Assembly (NCBI GenBank): GCA_963701085.1 | Contig: OY969561.1 | Location: 992,001-1,056,000 of the forward strand | From: an uncultured bacterium | GTDB lineage: Bacteria > Babelota > Babeliae > Babelales > Vermiphilaceae | DNA: 64,000 bases | Reading direction: 5' to 3' | Shown: positions 1 through 11,606 of the stretch, piece by piece | How the letters are laid out: each line of letters opens with the position of its first letter | Position numbering within the stretch: the first letter of the stretch is position 1 | Notes under the pieces: generated by a model | The model's database searches: none | What the model was told of the DNA's origin: nothing | What the model saw: the letters and a program-made list of their open reading frames with translations, nothing else | Made by a program: the position numbers and the translations under genes

Positions 1-104
1 AATTTTTAATCTTAGTAAAAAATTCATCTGTTGGTATACTTGACAACGATAAGACAAGAGCGTTATTGTGAAAAAAGTAAAAAAAATAATGCAAGGAATT
101 CTCA

Positions 105-1211
105 ATGAAACATCCATTTTGGATTATAAATCTTGGACTACTTTCTCTGGTCCTGGCTGTCTTTGCATTTGTTTATATATCGAATATCAAAATTCCTCAA
201 CGAGAAGATATTGAGCCTGCGCAAGTATCACCAAGAAAAGAGCTAAAAGTTGCTATCAATATAAAAAAAATCTACGAAGATGATCTTTTTGGAACATACA
301 CCCAAGAACTTCCACGCTTAAAACAACTTGAATCAACCATTCCTTTTCCAGAACCTCCTGCTCAACAAAAAATCACCATACCGGCAATCATTGAGCCTGA
401 ATTTCTTGATCCCTTACAAGTAACCCTTAAAGGTATTATCGTGGTAAGTTCTAATGATTCAAAAAACAGAGCAATGATTCAGGATAATAAAACAATGCAA
501 GAAGGTACGTATAAAGTAGGTGATCTTATCCAAGATGCTCAATTAATACGAATTTTTAAAAATAAAATAATCTTCTTACGTCTCAATGGGCAACAAGAAG
601 TTCTTTACTTACGTGAACAAGATGCAAAAGTTGATCCAGCATATTCACTATCACATGAATGGGATACGGTCGTTAAAAAAACAGGAAATAATAATTATCT
701 GATCAATCCAAAAGCATTCGTTGAACATGTTAAAAATTTAACTGAATGTATTGATCTCCTCAATGCAACAACTGCATACCAACAAGGAAAAAGTTTAGGA
801 CTGCGCGTAGGAAATCTTTCAAAATCACCATTTGGTGGCCTTATTGGATTGCAAAATGGCGACATTGTACTATCAATAAATAATATCCCTGCTCAAACAA
901 CACAGGAACGTCTTGCTATCTACAAAAATATTACCTCATTAAAAGCAGGTAACACGATAACCATAAAACTCATTCGTAAAAATAAAGAAATGGATATTAT
1001 CTATACATTAGAAGATTTCACTACTGGAGTAGAAAAAGAAAAAAATAGCCCAGACATACAACAAGAAACAGCCTTTTTTCCACCTAAAAAAAATGATGCT
1101 TCCATTAAACAACAACATTATGCATTTACCCCTACAATTGATAAAATAAAAAAAGCGGATCATCAAATGATGTTTCAAAAAGGCAGCTCTTTAATGCATA
1201 GTAGCAGTTGA
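105..1211 (+). CDS. gspC: Type II secretion system protein C-like (N-terminal TM, HR domain, PDZ domain)
   Basis: N-terminal TM helix; LKGII...AMIQD...YKVGD...IRIFKNKIIF HR-type motif; GLQNGDIVLSINN PDZ-like motif; directly upstream of a secretin. Confidence 0.8.
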   Translation: MKHPFWIINLGLLSLVLAVFAFVYISNIKIPQREDIEPAQVSPRKELKVAINIKKIYEDDLFGTYTQELPRLKQLESTIPFPEPPAQQKITIPAIIEPEFLDPLQVTLKGIIVVSSNDSKNRAMIQDNKTMQEGTYKVGDLIQDAQLIRIFKNKIIFLRLNGQQEVLYLREQDAKVDPAYSLSHEWDTVVKKTGNNNYLINPKAFVEHVKNLTECIDLLNATTAYQQGKSLGLRVGNLSKSPFGGLIGLQNGDIVLSINNIPAQTTQERLAIYKNITSLKAGNTITIKLIRKNKEMDIIYTLEDFTTGVEKEKNSPDIQQETAFFPPKKNDASIKQQHYAFTPTIDKIKKADHQMMFQKGSSLMHSSS

Positions 1212-1225
1212 ACTGAGTAAAAATT

Positions 1226-3770
1226 ATGAATAAATATAGCGTTAATTTTTGTTTTGTTTTTATGCTTGCCTCCGTTATGTGCACAACAGAAACGGGAAGC
1301 AGAAAACGTTATCGCAATAAAAAACAGGCTTCAACTAAAAATGTTAACACGCATATGAATGTTGAAGCTTATCAACCTCAAACCAACAACACTCCCTCCT
1401 TCGCCACTGCGCCAGGCACGGCATCCCTGAAAACAAAAGCTCCAGCAGGTACTACTGGTATGCCTCAAATTCAACAAAAAATAGAAAAATCTGCTCATCA
1501 ATACAGTGATCCTCTTGTTGAGCCTCAAATCCCAGCCACTGAAAATAAAGCGACCAAGCCAGTAGAAATGCCTATTTCTGTTAATGAAGATGAAGATGAA
1601 GACAGTATAGAACTTAATTTTGAAAATGCCGGTCTTGAGAATTTTGCTAAACAGATCGAAGACATATTTGAAATAACCTTAATTAGCGATGATGCTCTTT
1701 CTCCACTACCACAAGGTAAGAAGGCTATAAAAAGCAATAAAATATCATTTAAAACAAATCAGCCTCTTTCCAAAAAAGAAACGTGGAATCTTTTTGTTAC
1801 ATTTCTTGATATAGCTGGTTTTGCTGTTATTCCTCAAGCCGATCCAAAAGTTTTCCATATCACCACCATAGAAGCTGCACGCAAATCACCACTACCTACA
1901 TTTATTGGTGTTGATCCAACAACATTGCCTGATACCGATGAACTAATTCGCTATGTTTATTTCTTGGAAAATGCATCCACAGAAACTATCATGGGAATTG
2001 TCGGACCGCTCAGAAGCAGTAGTTCACAAGGCCTTATTGAACTAAAAGAGCATAAAGGATTTATCCTTACCGATAAGTCTTATAACATCAAAATGCTTAT
2101 GTCTATTGTTAAAGAACTTGATAAGGTGAGCATTCCTGAATCAATGTCCATTCTTAAATTGCGTAATGCTGATGCAAAACAAGTACAAGACCTCTACAAA
2201 GAATTACTCCCTAAAGAAGAGCAAACATCACGATTCTTTACAAAAAAACAACCAACATCTCTCTTTTTCCCTGAAAACACTCGCATTATTGCTGACCCTC
2301 GCACTAACACACTTATTTTACTCGGGCCTACAAATTCAATTCAAAAAATTGAACAGTTCATTATGAAATATATTGATGTTGAACTTGATCAAGCATACTC
2401 TCCGTTGTATACCTATCAACTTAAATATGCTGATGCAGCAACAATTGCCGATATCATGACCAAGGTAACATCATTCGGTCAAGAGACAGATGCAGGCAAA
2501 TATGGTGGTGTTCGTGGCACTGATCAATACATGAGGCCAATGGTATTCATTCCAGAAAAAGAAACCAATCGGCTTATCATCAAAGGACATTACGAAGATT
2601 ATCTCAAAGCACAAAAAGTGATTGCTCAACTTGATGAAAAGCAACCGCAAGCTGCGATTGAAGTTCTGATTGTCACTGTTGATCTTACTGATACAAAAAG
2701 TCTTGGTGCTCAAATCAGAAGCAAACAACCAGGACCAAACGGGCTCCTTGGTAACAATATTAAATTCCAGACATCAGGACTTTATGGAACTCCAGGATAG
2801 TCACCAATCCTAACCCTTCAACGGGAACGGAAAGATTGCTCGGTAATCTTGTCAACCTTGTTACCGGCGCTATTCCTGGAACATCATTATTAACACTTGG
2901 TCAAGATGCTTTTGGTGTATGGGGCATTTTCGAAGCACTGCAAACCATTACTGATGCTGAAGTTGTATCAAATCCATTTATTCTTGCAACTAACAATGCC
3001 AAAGCAACCGTTGCAATTGGTGAAGAACGCCGTATCGCAACATCTCTTGTTGTTGCAGGACGGCACCAACCAAAAGGGATTTGATGCCGATGATGCAAAA
3101 CTGGAAGTTACCATCACTCCTCAAATTAATTCTGATGGCATGATTGGTCTTGCTATAAATATTACCATCAATGAATTCACCACGTCTGCTACTACCAATC
3201 CAAATGATGCTACCCAAAACACCAGAATCATCAACACGAATGCTATTGTTGCTAACAAAGAAGTTCTTGCTCTTGGCGGTCTCATTAGAGATAATATACA
3301 AAACATAGAAAGCAAGGTACCTATACTCGGTGATATTCCTATTCTTGGCTGGTTCTTTAAAAATAAACAAAAAACAGTTATCAAACAAAGCCTTCTTGTT
3401 CTTATCTCAACACGCATCATAGAATCTCATAAAGGCGAAGAAATGAAATCATTCACCCGTGACCATATTGATGATTACCAAAACACTATCAATGATATGG
3501 AATACGTATTCTGCAAACGTGATCCTATTGATCATGCATTCTTCAAAGATAAAAATTTACGTGCAGAAGGAGCTGTTGAAGGTCTTATTTTTGAACGTCA
3601 TCAAAAGAGAACAGGAACCTGAAAAAATATTCAGCCAGACACAATTCAGCCAGAGCCCGACACAACAGATGAGAAACCAGAGCGCTACGCAATCAGCACA
3701 TAATAGCCTCATAGAGACTATACAAAGCAAAAAACGAACTCAGCTATCGCTGTCAGATTTTTTGACATGA
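1226..3770 (+). CDS. gspD: Secretin (GspD-like) copy 1, split by 2-3 frameshifts (ORFs 1226-2800, 2836-3084, 2897-3622, probable tail in 3459-3770)
   Basis: LNFENA N0 motif; LKYADA / DPRTNTLI N-domain repeats; SNPFILATNNAKA, LEVTITPQIN, LALGGLI and KVPILGDIPILGWFFK secretin motifs. End point 3622 vs 3770 is uncertain. Confidence 0.85.
1394..1450 (+). repeat. Repeat family B, in-frame in gspD1
   Basis: CCCTCCTTCGCCACT...AAAGCTCCAGCAGG; first 15 nt identical to the pfkB copy. Confidence 0.55.
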
Positions 3771-3785
3771 TAAGGAGGCACACAC

Positions 3786-5422
3786 ATGAGCCAATTTATT
3801 AAGGACATATTTTTACCAGAAAAAATAAATTCGTATTACCTTTTTTCAAAAACTGTTGTTGGTATTGAAATTAATAAAACAAATATTATCGCAACAAAAA
3901 CTCGTATACAAGGCAATACGAGCACCATAGAACTCATTATTGAAGAAAAAATATCAGAAGAAGTATCAGAAGAAGATTTTCAACGAACAACACCAACATT
4001 AACATCTATTTTTTCTAAAATTGGTAACTATGATGAAATACACACAACACTGCCTAGTTCTGTTGTTGTATTTAAAGAACTAAAACTCCCCTTTGTATCA
4101 CGTGAAAAAATCAGCATGGTGATAGGGTTTGAAATTGAACCACTTTTACCATTTTCATTACGTGATGCTGCTATTGATTTTATTATTACCAGAGAAATTC
4201 CCGAGGAAAAAAGCTCAGAAATTTTAGTCACTGCCGTGCAAAAACAACAACATTATTCATCATCTAGAGATGTTTGCAGCTGCAGGATTAAAACCAGATG
4301 TTATCACTGTTGATATAATTGCTCTCTATGGCCTTTACCGACAAATCGATGCGTATAAACAACTCCAAGGAGGCACGGTACTCATTAACATCACTTCCCA
4401 TACAACCAGTATTGCTCTCATAATTAATGGACAGTTAAAAACAGTGCGAACATTGCCAAGAGGTGTTATTGCACTCACCAAGCAAATTGCTCAAGAAATT
4501 AATAAAACACCTCAAGAAATGTTGGATCATTTACTCCGCTTTGGCCTTGAAGCAACTGACATTCCTGCGCATTCACCTGCGATAGAAAAAGCAGTTACCG
4601 AATGGTGGAATTCTATTAATTTTACCTTGAACTCATTTTCTACACAGCTACTCAACAATCAACCAATAACAAAAATTATTTTTCTTGGCAGAGGATCACT
4701 TATTAAAGGACTCATTCCCTTTATTGGTCAAAAAAGTGGCATAGCTTGTGAGTTATTTAATTCTGAAAGCGTTAGTCAAGATCCAACGTGCATTATTAAA
4801 AATAGTACCTCCATAACTCCTATCAATGTTATTAGTGCAAGTGCCACATTGCCTCTTTCTACAACTATTGATTATAATCTTGCACAAAAAGAGTTCAAAA
4901 CACCGGATAACTCATTACTACTCAAACAATCAATTGTTCTTATTGTTCTTACATTAGGGCTATTTGCTGCACTCATTACCCATTACTCTTTACAAACAAA
5001 TAAGCTAAAAAAAGAATTTCAAGCATCTGAACTTGAGGCTCTCACCGCACTTACCTCGACGTTTAAATCATTAGAAGATGAAAAAAACTTACATGATGCT
5101 ATTGAGGAAGCAGAAAAAGAAGTAGAAGAACAAAAAAAGAGATGGTTTGCTTTTTCAGCATCAATCTCGTGCTTCTTCCTTACAATATTTACTTGAACTC
5201 TCTAAAAGAATTGATAAAAAAAGCATTGATTTTAAAGTTGAACAAGTAACTATAGCAGAAGGCTTTTTAACACTCAAAGCAGAAGTGAGAGATCACGATG
5301 CACTTAAAATTCTGAGCCGCGAACTTGCACAATCAGAACTATTTGGACCATTTGAATCACCAGAAACTCCACAATTTACCATGAAAATACCGCTCGCAAC
5401 CAGCAATGAGGAACTCTTATGA
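3786..5422 (+). CDS. PilM/GspL-like actin-fold protein fused to TM and periplasmic PilN/GspL-like domain, split by 2 frameshifts (3786-4313, 4270-5196, 5147-5422)
   Basis: VVGIEI start; LKLPF...IGFEIEPLLPF; KIIFLGRGSLIKGL; TM near C-terminus; AAGGAGG RBS; context between secretin and GspM-like gene. Confidence 0.7.
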
Positions 5423-5982
5423 TGCTCCTTGAACCAATTAAAACTTTTTTTAATAAAACTGATTCAAAAACATTTTCCTATTATATTATAGGCTATCTTG
5501 CTGCATGCTTACTCCTTTTTATACTTATTATTTTTTATTATTATAGCTCAACAAATGCCTTACAAAAAAAGATAAAAAATCTCAACAGTACACGAGAAGA
5601 AGTGCTTGTTATACTAGAAAATGCAGCACTTGTTCAACAACAACGCCTCATGGTAGAAGAAACACTTGCAAAGGATACTGATTTTAAAATTGGTGGCTAC
5701 TTTAAAAATCTTTTAATAAAACTTAATCTCAAAGATAAAGAAGTTGCTGAGGAAACATCCACCTCAGATCTTGAAGAAAATTATCGTAAAAGTGAACTGA
5801 GTGCTAAGTTTGAAGATCTGAGTATGAAAGAATTCACTGAACTGTTACAAGAAATTGAACAAAATTCTCGTATTGCTACCAACCGTATTGAAATAACAAA
5901 ATCAAAAAAGAAACCAAAAACAATTGAAGCGAGCCTCACTATTTCAACATTGTTACCAAAAATAGAAATCACCGCCACCTAA
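5419..5982 (+). CDS. GspM/PilO-like inner-membrane platform protein
   Basis: Single N-terminal TM, coiled coil, C-terminal ferredoxin-like pattern (FEDLSMKEFTELLQEIEQ...IEITK); operon context. Confidence 0.6.
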   Translation: MMLLEPIKTFFNKTDSKTFSYYIIGYLAACLLLFILIIFYYYSSTNALQKKIKNLNSTREEVLVILENAALVQQQRLMVEETLAKDTDFKIGGYFKNLLIKLNLKDKEVAEETSTSDLEENYRKSELSAKFEDLSMKEFTELLQEIEQNSRIATNRIEITKSKKKPKTIEASLTISTLLPKIEITAT

Positions 5983-5994
5983 GGGACAAGGTAA

Positions 5995-8473
5995 ATGAAA
6001 ATAATAAAAAATTATAAAACCTAAAAACTTTCTTTTTCTTTTCTCATAGCCTACCCTTCAACTAGTTGTGCACCGCATCAATACATGCTATCATGCAGCA
6101 TGAATGCAACAAACTGTAAACATTGTAACTTGAACAAGAATTTCCTGATTTCAGTTTTAACTATGAAAATGAAGATATTGTTACTATTATTAATCAGTTA
6201 GCTGCATTAAAAGATCTTAATGTCATTTTGCCACAAGGCGATATTCTTAATGCAAAAGTAACACTGCATATTGAAAAAAAAATCACTCTTACTCAAGCTT
6301 GGGATCTTCTTAATACACTGTTAGATATTGCTGGTTTTTTCATTATTCCACAAGGCTCCACTATCAGAATAGTCAGATCAGGCAAGGAAATATCACGTGA
6401 GCCAATGCCAACCTATATAGGGGTTCATCCTAATGATTTACCAAATAATGATCAACCAATTCGCTATCTTTACTATCTTGCTAATATAAAAATTTCTGAT
6501 CAACCAGAAAATGAATTGAATGGTATCTTAAAAGATATTTTACCTGAAAATGCTTTTTATAAGGGTGATTCGGTCACTAATGGTTTATTAATAATAGCAA
6601 AAGCAAATGACATTCGTGCTGCTATGAAAATTATTATAGAACTTGATCAAGTAAATTTTCAGGAAAAAATTGATATCATTACATTACGTCACACCTCTGC
6701 AAGTATTGTAGCTCAACTCATTAATGAACAACTCATTAAAACAGAAGCCACCAATCCGTATCGCCTTGATACAAAAAAAGCAAAAGAAATACCATATTTT
6801 TCTGGTTTCACCAAAATAATTCCTGAAGTTCGTCTCAACAAACTTATCATTCTTGGACGGCCTCAAGCGGTAGAACGATTAAAAGATTTTATTAAAAAAT
6901 ATATCGATGTTGCACCAGATTCAGGTAAATCAATTCTACACGTCTATCGATTACAATATCTCGATGCAAAAACACTTGCTCCTGTTCTTGAAAAAATAGT
7001 ACAAGGAGGTGGCAATGGCGGACCAAGCCAAGCAAGTGCAGGAGAAACAAAAACTGGCGGTATTGAACGTTTCTTTGATAAAGTAATCATTTATACTGAT
7101 AGCCCTCAAGACAGCGGTGCAGATAGTGCAAACACCTCTGACAAACAACAACAATATTTTACTATTATGGTGGCAATAATTTAGTTATTGCTGCCCGTAA
7201 TGATGACTGGAAACAGATAAAAAAACTGATTGAAGAATTAGACACTCCACAAAGACAGGTACTTATTGAAGTGTTAGTAGCAGATTTAACGGTTGAAGAC
7301 TCACGCTTGCTCGGCTCTATGACACGTGTTCCTGACAAAGTACCTCTTCCTGATGATATTCAATTTCAGTCAGCAATGCTTGCTCCAGCACTACCAATTC
7401 CACTACCAGCTGCTCCACCTGCCCCTGGACCTACAACAACTATTCAATCTGATCTTTTAGCAAATGCTTATACTAACTCCAACGGCTCACCCGTTCTTGC
7501 TAATCCAACGAGTAGTGGCACAAACAACATCGCTGACTTTGCATCTACTGGTACTACATTGCTCTCATTAAATGATAATGATGGTAATACTTGGAGTATC
7601 TGGGAACTTCTGCAATTGTTTACGAGCACAAAAATACTATCGCATCCTCATGTTATGGCACGAAACAATAAAGAAGCGGTTGTTTCTATCGGTCAAACAC
7701 GGTGGCTTGTGGATAAAGTAAAAGATATCTCTAGCGTTAACTATGGTGGTGCAACAACAATTCAATATAAACCAATTGCTGCTAACCTTACCGTAAAAAT
7801 TACACCACGCATTAGCAGCGCAAGCACCGTTAATCTGCAAGTCCTTGTTGAAATTGATGAATTTATCTCAAATACTACCAATACGACTAATAATACTAAA
7901 AACATCAGAAGACTAGAAACCAACGCAAACATAAAAAGTGGTGGTATTTTTGCTCTTGGAGGACTGATCAGAACAACAAGTACATCTAGTGTTAAAGAAA
8001 CTCCATTCTTAGGAAAAATTCCGATAATTGGATGGTTCTTTAAAAGCAAAAGTAATGATGTTCTCAAAAATAACTTAACCGTTTTTATCTCTCCAACTAT
8101 TATTGAACCTCGACTCCGCGATGGAGCAAATGAATATACGCAAGATTATATTAATATTGCAAAGAATGAATCTCGTGGAAACCTCTTTGATTCCCTCACG
8201 GATCCTATTACACGCTGGTTCTTTGCTGGAGAAGAAGTTGATGCGGAAAAAGCGATAGATAAATTTGTTGCAAAGGATGAAACACTGCCACAAAATGATA
8301 TTACCCGTAAAAAAAATAATCCCCCGAAATCAAAATCTCGGCAAAATCGTGAGGACAGCACGGATATACTAACCCATACAGCTGAAGGCTTTGTTGCAGA
8401 AAATAGCAATTATCACCTGCCAGATTTAAAAAAAATAATCGCCGATGATCCAAATCCCTTCTTAAAAGCGTAG
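5995..8473 (+). CDS. gspD: Secretin (GspD-like) copy 2, frameshifted (damaged 5' end; ORFs 6228-7184 and 7271-8473)
   Basis: FNYENEDI N0-like start upstream of 6228; LQYLDA repeat; SHPHVMARNNKEA, KITPRIS, FALGGLI and TPFLGKIPIIGWFFK secretin motifs. Confidence 0.85.
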
Positions 8474-8483
8474 TTTTTATTAA

Positions 8484-8532
8484 AAAAGCCCTTCTTTTTG
8501 ATGCCTAAAAAGCCTCATCAGAAGGGATTTTT
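8484..8532 (+). terminator. Probable intrinsic terminator after the T2SS cluster
   Basis: CCCTTCT..TGATG / CATCAGAAGGG inverted repeat followed by T tract. Confidence 0.5.
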
Positions 8533-8632
8533 GTTTGCAATACTATGAAAATATTGCAAACTGCAATATCAAACTGATAGAATAATGGAGTATACGTAAA
8601 AACCATTATTTTAAAAAAAAGGGGAGATCTTC

Positions 8633-9150
8633 ATGAAAAACACAAAAAATATAGTACTATCGCTCGCATCAATCGTAGTATTAATGAGTGCACAAGTCAT
8701 CAAGTGTGCACGGCAAATGGCTGAAAATCTGCACTATTAACTGCACAACAAACACAAAACCCTGGCTTTGAAGTTTTTAATAAAGCAGCAAACCCAATAA
8801 CCATTACAATCTTCCTGGATGATAAATTTGATCAACATGCTAATATCCCTGCTGGTCAAAAATTTTCAACAAAACATTGATGTAAATAAGTCTATACAGC
8901 TTGGCATTTACAGTAAACAAACATGCAATTGTCAATCGGTGCTTTTTCAAAGAATAACTCCTAAACCGGATTATCTCTATAATCTTAACGCTTCAGGAAA
9001 AACAAAATATTTAACATGGAATCCTGACGATAAAAATCTAATCCTTTATATCCGCAAACAGGACCAAAAATGGGATTAACAGGAAAATCAGAATCTGGCT
9101 ATCCATTTTGGGCGACTAATATTCAACAATCAGAAATAACACCAAAATAA
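8633..9150 (+). pseudogene. Secreted small protein, tandem paralog 1 (frameshifted or error-prone)
   Basis: ATGAAAAACACAAAA start; encodes NPGFEVFNK, YNLNASGKTKYLTWNPDDK and GKSESGYP pieces in shifting frames, homologous to the next two ORFs. Confidence 0.7.
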
Positions 9151-9201
9151 ATAATTAAAAATCTATTATTATCATAAACCTAAAACGCGAAAGAAAGTAT
9201 C

Positions 9202-9696
9202 ATGAAAAACACAAAAAATATGTTCATATCGATCGCATCAGTCGTAATATTGTTTGCTTTACACACATCAACTATCGTAGCTGCAGTTACTCCTAATCCT
9301 GGCTTTGAAGTTTTTAATAAATCAGCAAAGCCAATTCTGATTACAATCTCCCTGGATAACATCCTTATGGAGAGAGCTCCTCGTATTGATGCTGGTAAAA
9401 CATATTCATGCGCCATAGCACTGGATCAAACTGTGCAGCTTGGCATTTACACCGGAGAAGTAAAAGAATTACACAAGGATAGGTCAGGTAACATAATAAA
9501 TAAACCGGATTATTCCTATGAACTTAATGCTCCAAGAAAAACAAAATATGTATCTTGGAACCCTGACGATAAAAGTCATGCTGCTAATCCTTTATATCCT
9601 CAAACAGGTCCATGGATGGGATTATTACGTAGAACAGAAACTGGCTTTCCATTGGGTAAGAACAATATTACACAGGAACAAATTATAAAAAAATAA
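9202..9696 (+). CDS. Secreted hypothetical protein, tandem paralog 2
   Basis: Signal peptide; shares PGFEVFNKSA and KTKYVSWNPDDKSHAANPLYPQTGPWMGLL with paralog 3. Confidence 0.85.
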   Translation: MKNTKNMFISIASVVILFALHTSTIVAAVTPNPGFEVFNKSAKPILITISLDNILMERAPRIDAGKTYSCAIALDQTVQLGIYTGEVKELHKDRSGNIINKPDYSYELNAPRKTKYVSWNPDDKSHAANPLYPQTGPWMGLLRRTETGFPLGKNNITQEQIIKK

Positions 9697-9746
9697 GCAT
9701 AAAAACCTCATTATTATCATAAACCTAAAATGCTAAAGAAAGTATC

Positions 9747-10235
9747 ATGAAAAACACAAAATATATATTCATATCGCTCGCATCAGCCGTAATATTGTTG
9801 AGTTCACATATATCAACTATTGTAGCTGGAGTTACTCATGATCCTGGTTTTGAAGTTTTTAATAAATCAGCAACCCCAATTCAGATTATAATCTCTCTGG
9901 ATAAACAACCTCTAAAACCTGTTGTTATCTCTGCTGGTAAAAAGTATTCATGCGCCATTGAACTGACTCGATCTGTGCAGCTTACAATTAACACTCAACC
10001 TGCGCAGCTCATTGACGTCCGAACAAAAGATAAGTCTAAGTCTATGCACTATGTCTATGATCTCAATGCTCCAGGAAAAACAAAATATGTATCTTGGAAC
10101 CCCGATGATAAAAGTCATGCTGCTAATCCTTTATATCCTCAAACAGGTCCATGGATGGGATTATTAGGTAAAACAGAATCTGGTTTTCCATTGGGAAATA
10201 ATGTTACACAATCGGAAATAACATACGTGAGATAA
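9747..10235 (+). CDS. Secreted hypothetical protein, tandem paralog 3
   Basis: Signal peptide; same conserved motifs as paralog 2. Confidence 0.85.
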   Translation: MKNTKYIFISLASAVILLSSHISTIVAGVTHDPGFEVFNKSATPIQIIISLDKQPLKPVVISAGKKYSCAIELTRSVQLTINTQPAQLIDVRTKDKSKSMHYVYDLNAPGKTKYVSWNPDDKSHAANPLYPQTGPWMGLLGKTESGFPLGNNVTQSEITYVR

Positions 10236-10304
10236 CTACGCAAGCTAAAAAAAGATCTCTCGGTATTTATCAAAAAATACAGAGAGATTTTTAATTTTAA
10301 TTTT

Positions 10305-11543
10305 TTATATTGCCATCAAATTTTCTTCTATACTCAGCAACCGATTATATTTTGCCATACGTTCACCACGGGAACAACCTCCCGCTTTAATATGCGCAGC
10401 ACTGGTACCAACAGCAAAATCGGCTATAAATGAATCATTGGTTTCTCCCGATCGATGAGAAACAATAACATCCCATTCATTATCTTTGCATAATTGAATA
10501 GCTTGTAATGTTTCAGTTACTGTGCCAATTTGATTTGGTTTGATAAGTGCAGCTGTTGCACAACTATTTTCTATGCCATACCAAATGCGTTCTGGGTCAG
10601 TAGTAAATAAATCATCACCAACTATTTTAACGCGAGAACCTAATTCTTTCTTTAAATCACGCCATCCATTCCAGTCTGATTCACCCAACCCATCTTCTAT
10701 TGAATACATTGGATAACGTGATATAAGATTTTCATACCACTCAATAAGTTCATGAGCTGAAACTTCAGTGCCGTTCCACAAGTACATTCCTGTTGCACTG
10801 TTATATAAATGAGAAGCTGCAACATCAAGCGCTAACATGACATTGCTTCCATTGCCAGATTTCTCAATTGCTTCCATCAACAAATCAAACGGTTCATATT
10901 CATTACTAAAAGAAGGAATAAATTCTCCTTCATACCCAACAGAAATGATCTTTCCTTTTGCGCATAAAATCTCTTTTAACGCATGATAAATAGTAACGCC
11001 AGTATCCATAGCGTCATGAAAAGAAAATTCTTTTGTAGGAACAATGAGAAGCTCTTGAATCTGAAAATTATTATATGCATGCAACCCACCTCCGAACATA
11101 TTAAACATTGGGCACGGCAAAGCTACGGTAGAATATTCAGAAATATGAGCAATAAATTCATATAGTTCAGCCCCTTCGATATACGCTTGGGCCTTGCATA
11201 CAGCCATGCTCACCGCAAGAAGAGAATTTGCACCAAGACGAGACTTATTTTCTGTTCCATCTAAATGTAACAACTCAAGATCAAACGTAATGACATCAGG
11301 TGCTCTATCAACCAATGTTGGAGCAATGATCTCTTCAATAACCTGCACGGCCTTTTGAACACCAAGCCCCATTAAACGATTTCCCCCATCACGCAACTCA
11401 ACTGCCTCATGCGTACCACGTGAAATGCCTGCAGGTACCGATGCGGTAACCGTCACACCATCACTCAAAGAAACAGCACATTCAACGGTGGGAACTCCTC
11501 GCGAATCAAAAATTTCACGTGCATGAATAGCATGTATCTTCAT
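10305..11543 (-). CDS. eno: Enolase (divergent)
   Basis: AREIFDSRG.PTVE, EAVELRDG, VGDDLF, LIKPNQIGT, SHRSGET, RMAKYNRLL. Confidence 0.95.
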   Translation of the reverse strand: MKIHAIHAREIFDSRGVPTVECAVSLSDGVTVTASVPAGISRGTHEAVELRDGGNRLMGLGVQKAVQVIEEIIAPTLVDRAPDVITFDLELLHLDGTENKSRLGANSLLAVSMAVCKAQAYIEGAELYEFIAHISEYSTVALPCPMFNMFGGGLHAYNNFQIQELLIVPTKEFSFHDAMDTGVTIYHALKEILCAKGKIISVGYEGEFIPSFSNEYEPFDLLMEAIEKSGNGSNVMLALDVAASHLYNSATGMYLWNGTEVSAHELIEWYENLISRYPMYSIEDGLGESDWNGWRDLKKELGSRVKIVGDDLFTTDPERIWYGIENSCATAALIKPNQIGTVTETLQAIQLCKDNEWDVIVSHRSGETNDSFIADFAVGTSAAHIKAGGCSRGERMAKYNRLLSIEENLMAI

Positions 11544-11568
11544 TTTCTAAACTCCTTTTTTAGCATAA

Positions 11569-11598
11569 AAAAACACCTGGAATTACCCAGGTGTTTTT
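11569..11598. terminator. Hairpin terminator between aspS and eno
   Basis: AAAAACACCTGG-AATTAC-CCAGGTGTTTTT perfect stem. Confidence 0.7.
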
Positions 11599-11606
11599 AT
11601 CATCAT

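Noticed and set aside
2790-7270. Frameshifts in both secretins and the PilM-like gene as real pseudogenisation or programmed frameshifting
   Set aside because: Essential aspS and alaS show the same single-base breaks and the fragments are otherwise well conserved; sequencing indels are the simpler explanation (needs read polishing)
8819-9079. Independent 86-aa gene
   Set aside because: Only a frame fragment of paralog 1 (8633-9150)
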